A stretch of DNA of 64,000 nucleotides from Callorhinchus milii (Eukaryota): assembly GCF_018977255.1 (NCBI RefSeq), contig NW_024704743.1, forward strand, positions 60,452,001-60,516,000. The letters run 5' to 3'. A program made the translations under genes and the position numbers. Shown here piece after piece: positions 61,235-64,000 of this stretch. How positions within the stretch are numbered: the stretch's first letter is position 1; each line of letters starts with the position of its first letter. A model generated the notes under the pieces. That model had not been told where the DNA came from. It did no database searches and saw only the letters and a list, made by a program, of their open reading frames with translations.

Positions 61235-64000
61235 AGTACAGGACAGTTGGTTTATACTGGCTCATATGTGGAGATTTTAATTAATAAAACTCCATGTATT
61301 TGACTTAATGCAGGTACATTGAGGAGTAATTGATGAAAGTTGTTTCCAGCCAATGCTATGAAATGCTGCAAATTAAATAACTGGTACATTTATGTGTGAA
61401 ATGTACATCACTGAAGAAATTGATTCTTAACTTCTTAAATGAAAGCAGATAAAGAAACCATGGATATCCTTATAATCTGTTCTCAATACGGAGTGAATCA
61501 TTTCCAAACTTGTTGATGTATTTTCCAAGAATAGGGTGAAATCATTCTGCAGAGAGAAAATATTTTAATTTGTTTTAAAAATTAACATAAAGAAAAAGTA
61601 GAATGTAATTAATATGATCTGCTGGTTAAAAATGTTGCTTCATTATTCAGCCCTGTTATTCCAAAGCTTTGGTAAATATTTTCACCCAATCCTACTCAAA
61701 GTTTTGTTATAGTCAGCACAGGAGCTCAAACTTCAATGAGATTGAACCCCTGATACGCACAGCTACTTTGCTTGTACCCAGAAGTTTGTAATAGGGAGCT
61801 CTGTCTCTAATTTTCTCCACAGATGTTACGTAGAAGGAGCAGTGGAAAGTTGTAGCGAGAATTCAGAGCTAAAATTTTAATATAGTCAAGCAAGATCTAC
61901 CTTCTCTCATTCTTACTTGTTTCACTGTCTTTTGCAGATACAGCATTGACCAACTTGTTTTGACAGTAATAATTTAATGTCTCTCAGTGTCGCTCAGTCT
62001 CTGAAAGTGCAAACGTCTTGGACATGCTACTCTAGCAATATAAAATGGCTAACCAGCGTTAGGCGGTCATAAGTGAGCACAAAAAGGAAACAAGAGAAAA
62101 AAAGTTAGATAAACAAAGACTGCCAGTCCCATCCATTAGTGCCAGCGTGGGCAGTGCTCACAGGGCTGAGTTTCTCACAGCTCAGCACCCTTGAGATCTT
62201 ACTGCTCTTATGCCGTATGTGCACAATAAGGCTCATGGTTGGGAAACAAATATTGTAAGATTATTTAGATTATGTTCAAGGGATTTCTTTTCAGTATTTT
62301 CTTTTGGTCAGTTGAGTGACTGACACATGCAGAAAACCATCACCATGCTTAAGAATATTGAGTCTTAGCATGGAAAGCATGGATTTAAGCAATGGGATCA
62401 TAACATACGTAGGAGTCAAAAAATGTCTTGCAATTCCAGAGAAGCTGAAAGGTCTGTTAGATTGGAAGCTTTTACATACAACAGTAGAGGGTAATGCACG
62501 GCTGGGTGAGCTACAGTTCAAGAATAAATACGAGTGTCTGGGAATAACTCAGACTGTCTCACTTCATATAATCTTTAGTGTACATGAAAGTTTAAAGAAT
62601 GCTTTATGGTCAAATTACCTTTAGCACCTGATCCAGTCTACTACAGATGGTGCAAACATTTTTGTAATTTGATCTTAAGGTCTGAGAAGTCTCAAACGTT
62701 GTGTTTAGAGTTTTCTTTTGTTCCAGCTTGTTCTTTTGATGTTTTTCATGTTGTTGTATGGTTTTGCGTTCTGATCATTTTTCTTAATAAATATCGCAAA
62801 TAAAATTGATCACTCAATCCATGCCTGGGACATTACTGTGCACAAAACTGGCTGCTGTGATTCACCCACAAAAATACACAAGTCATTCCACTTTACACTT
62901 TACTGCTGCAGTGCCTACCAGCAATGAATTCTACTCTATCTTTATGTCAGGATCTGGTTTATTTCAGCTGTCAGCCAACTCAGCAGCTTTTAAGAATCCC
63001 AAGTTCAGCCTTAATCCTTTTCTAGTTGTATATATATTCTTCAGGAAGTTTCTGTACTTTTATATTTTCTATTCGCTTTGTCGTTGCCATCTACCAAAAA
63101 CTGTCTCCCTGCCTTCAAAATCTACTAAAAATATATCTCTTTGACCACGTCTTTGGTGAATTTCTTTGAATTTCATTTCTTTGGCACGGGGGAAGACTTG
63201 TGTGGAGTAAAAGCACTAATGTTGTTGATTTTGAAAATAAATTTTCATTCAGTTCAAAACGGGTCAGTTCATTGACTTCCAATAAGCGCCAATGCATTTG
63301 GGAATGTGTTATGTCAGTCATTGCTTTGGGTGTCGGACCCGTGACCGAGGCTGCTTTCCTTGGGCAGGTCTGATCCCTATCAGGTTGTGGGATTTGTGTT
63401 AATCCAGGCACTGCTGGATTTCGACATTAAAAATAAATTTGCGGAGATCTCATCAGTATAATAAGAACAATGCTTATATTTGATTGTGCCTTTCACATTG
63501 GGAGGACATCTGAAAACACTTCAGCAGGGTTTTGCTCTGATGTTTCAAGCACGCTGCTTGTTGCTGCATTTCTATATATTCTGAGAAACTGCATTTGGTT
63601 TCTTTTTTGGAGGGTAGGTTGGGGAAAGGGACAACATTTTACGCGAAGGGACATATAAAAGTGTGTTCCGTCTATAAATAAATTCTCATTCAGATTGAAA
63701 CAAATTGATTTCAATTCTCATTCAGTTCATTAATTTCCAGTGAAGAATTTGAGAATTGTTTCAGTCTGTAATGTATTGACCGTGCATTTGGTCATCTTTC
63801 CCCCAGACCCAGTTCAGGCTCTCAGTCAGCATTGTGAAACACTTTGAGACATCCTCCTGACTTGAAGGAGGATCGCTTTTGGTGAGCGTGAAATATTCTA
63901 ATTTGTGTTATAGGTATTTCTTAATGCAAGAACAATTCTCTTCTACCTGGGAGAGCTCAACTCTGAGAGTAGATGGTGTTACAGTAGAGTTCCTGTGTGC

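Noticed and set aside
61938..62072. Strong plus-strand acceptor with a downstream gtgagc donor
   Set aside because: Stops in all three frames; at best a non-coding exon, with no independent support.

Overview
Vertebrate, non-prokaryotic DNA. The repeat repertoire (tRNA-derived SINEs with L2-type tails, Deu-domain SINEs, shark-type CR1 and L2 LINEs) points to a cartilaginous fish, most plausibly a chimaera such as Callorhinchus milii; this is an inference, not a database result. The window looks intronic or intergenic and I could not recognise any host protein-coding gene. Nearly all longer ORFs in the track are decayed LINE fragments or antisense/shadow frames of repeats. Main content: (i) a tRNA(Ala-like)-headed SINE in long and short variants; (ii) older Deu-domain SINEs sharing the same 3' tail; (iii) many L2 fragments, including a near-full-length single-ORF copy (49835-52929); (iv) CR1 fragments, including a 5'-complete copy with zinc-finger/leucine-zipper plus esterase ORF1 (41195-44245); (v) a compound microsatellite. 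The best observations concern retroposon biology: a 158-bp piece of neighbouring DNA copied into an L2 3' end, two L2 insertions at nearly the same site of two SINE copies, a covarying 3' hairpin shared by SINE and L2, multi-layer nesting, and an old repeat I cannot classify. A few isolated exon-like segments remain unproven. I found no support for a novel multi-gene system. Boundaries of old repeats are approximate.
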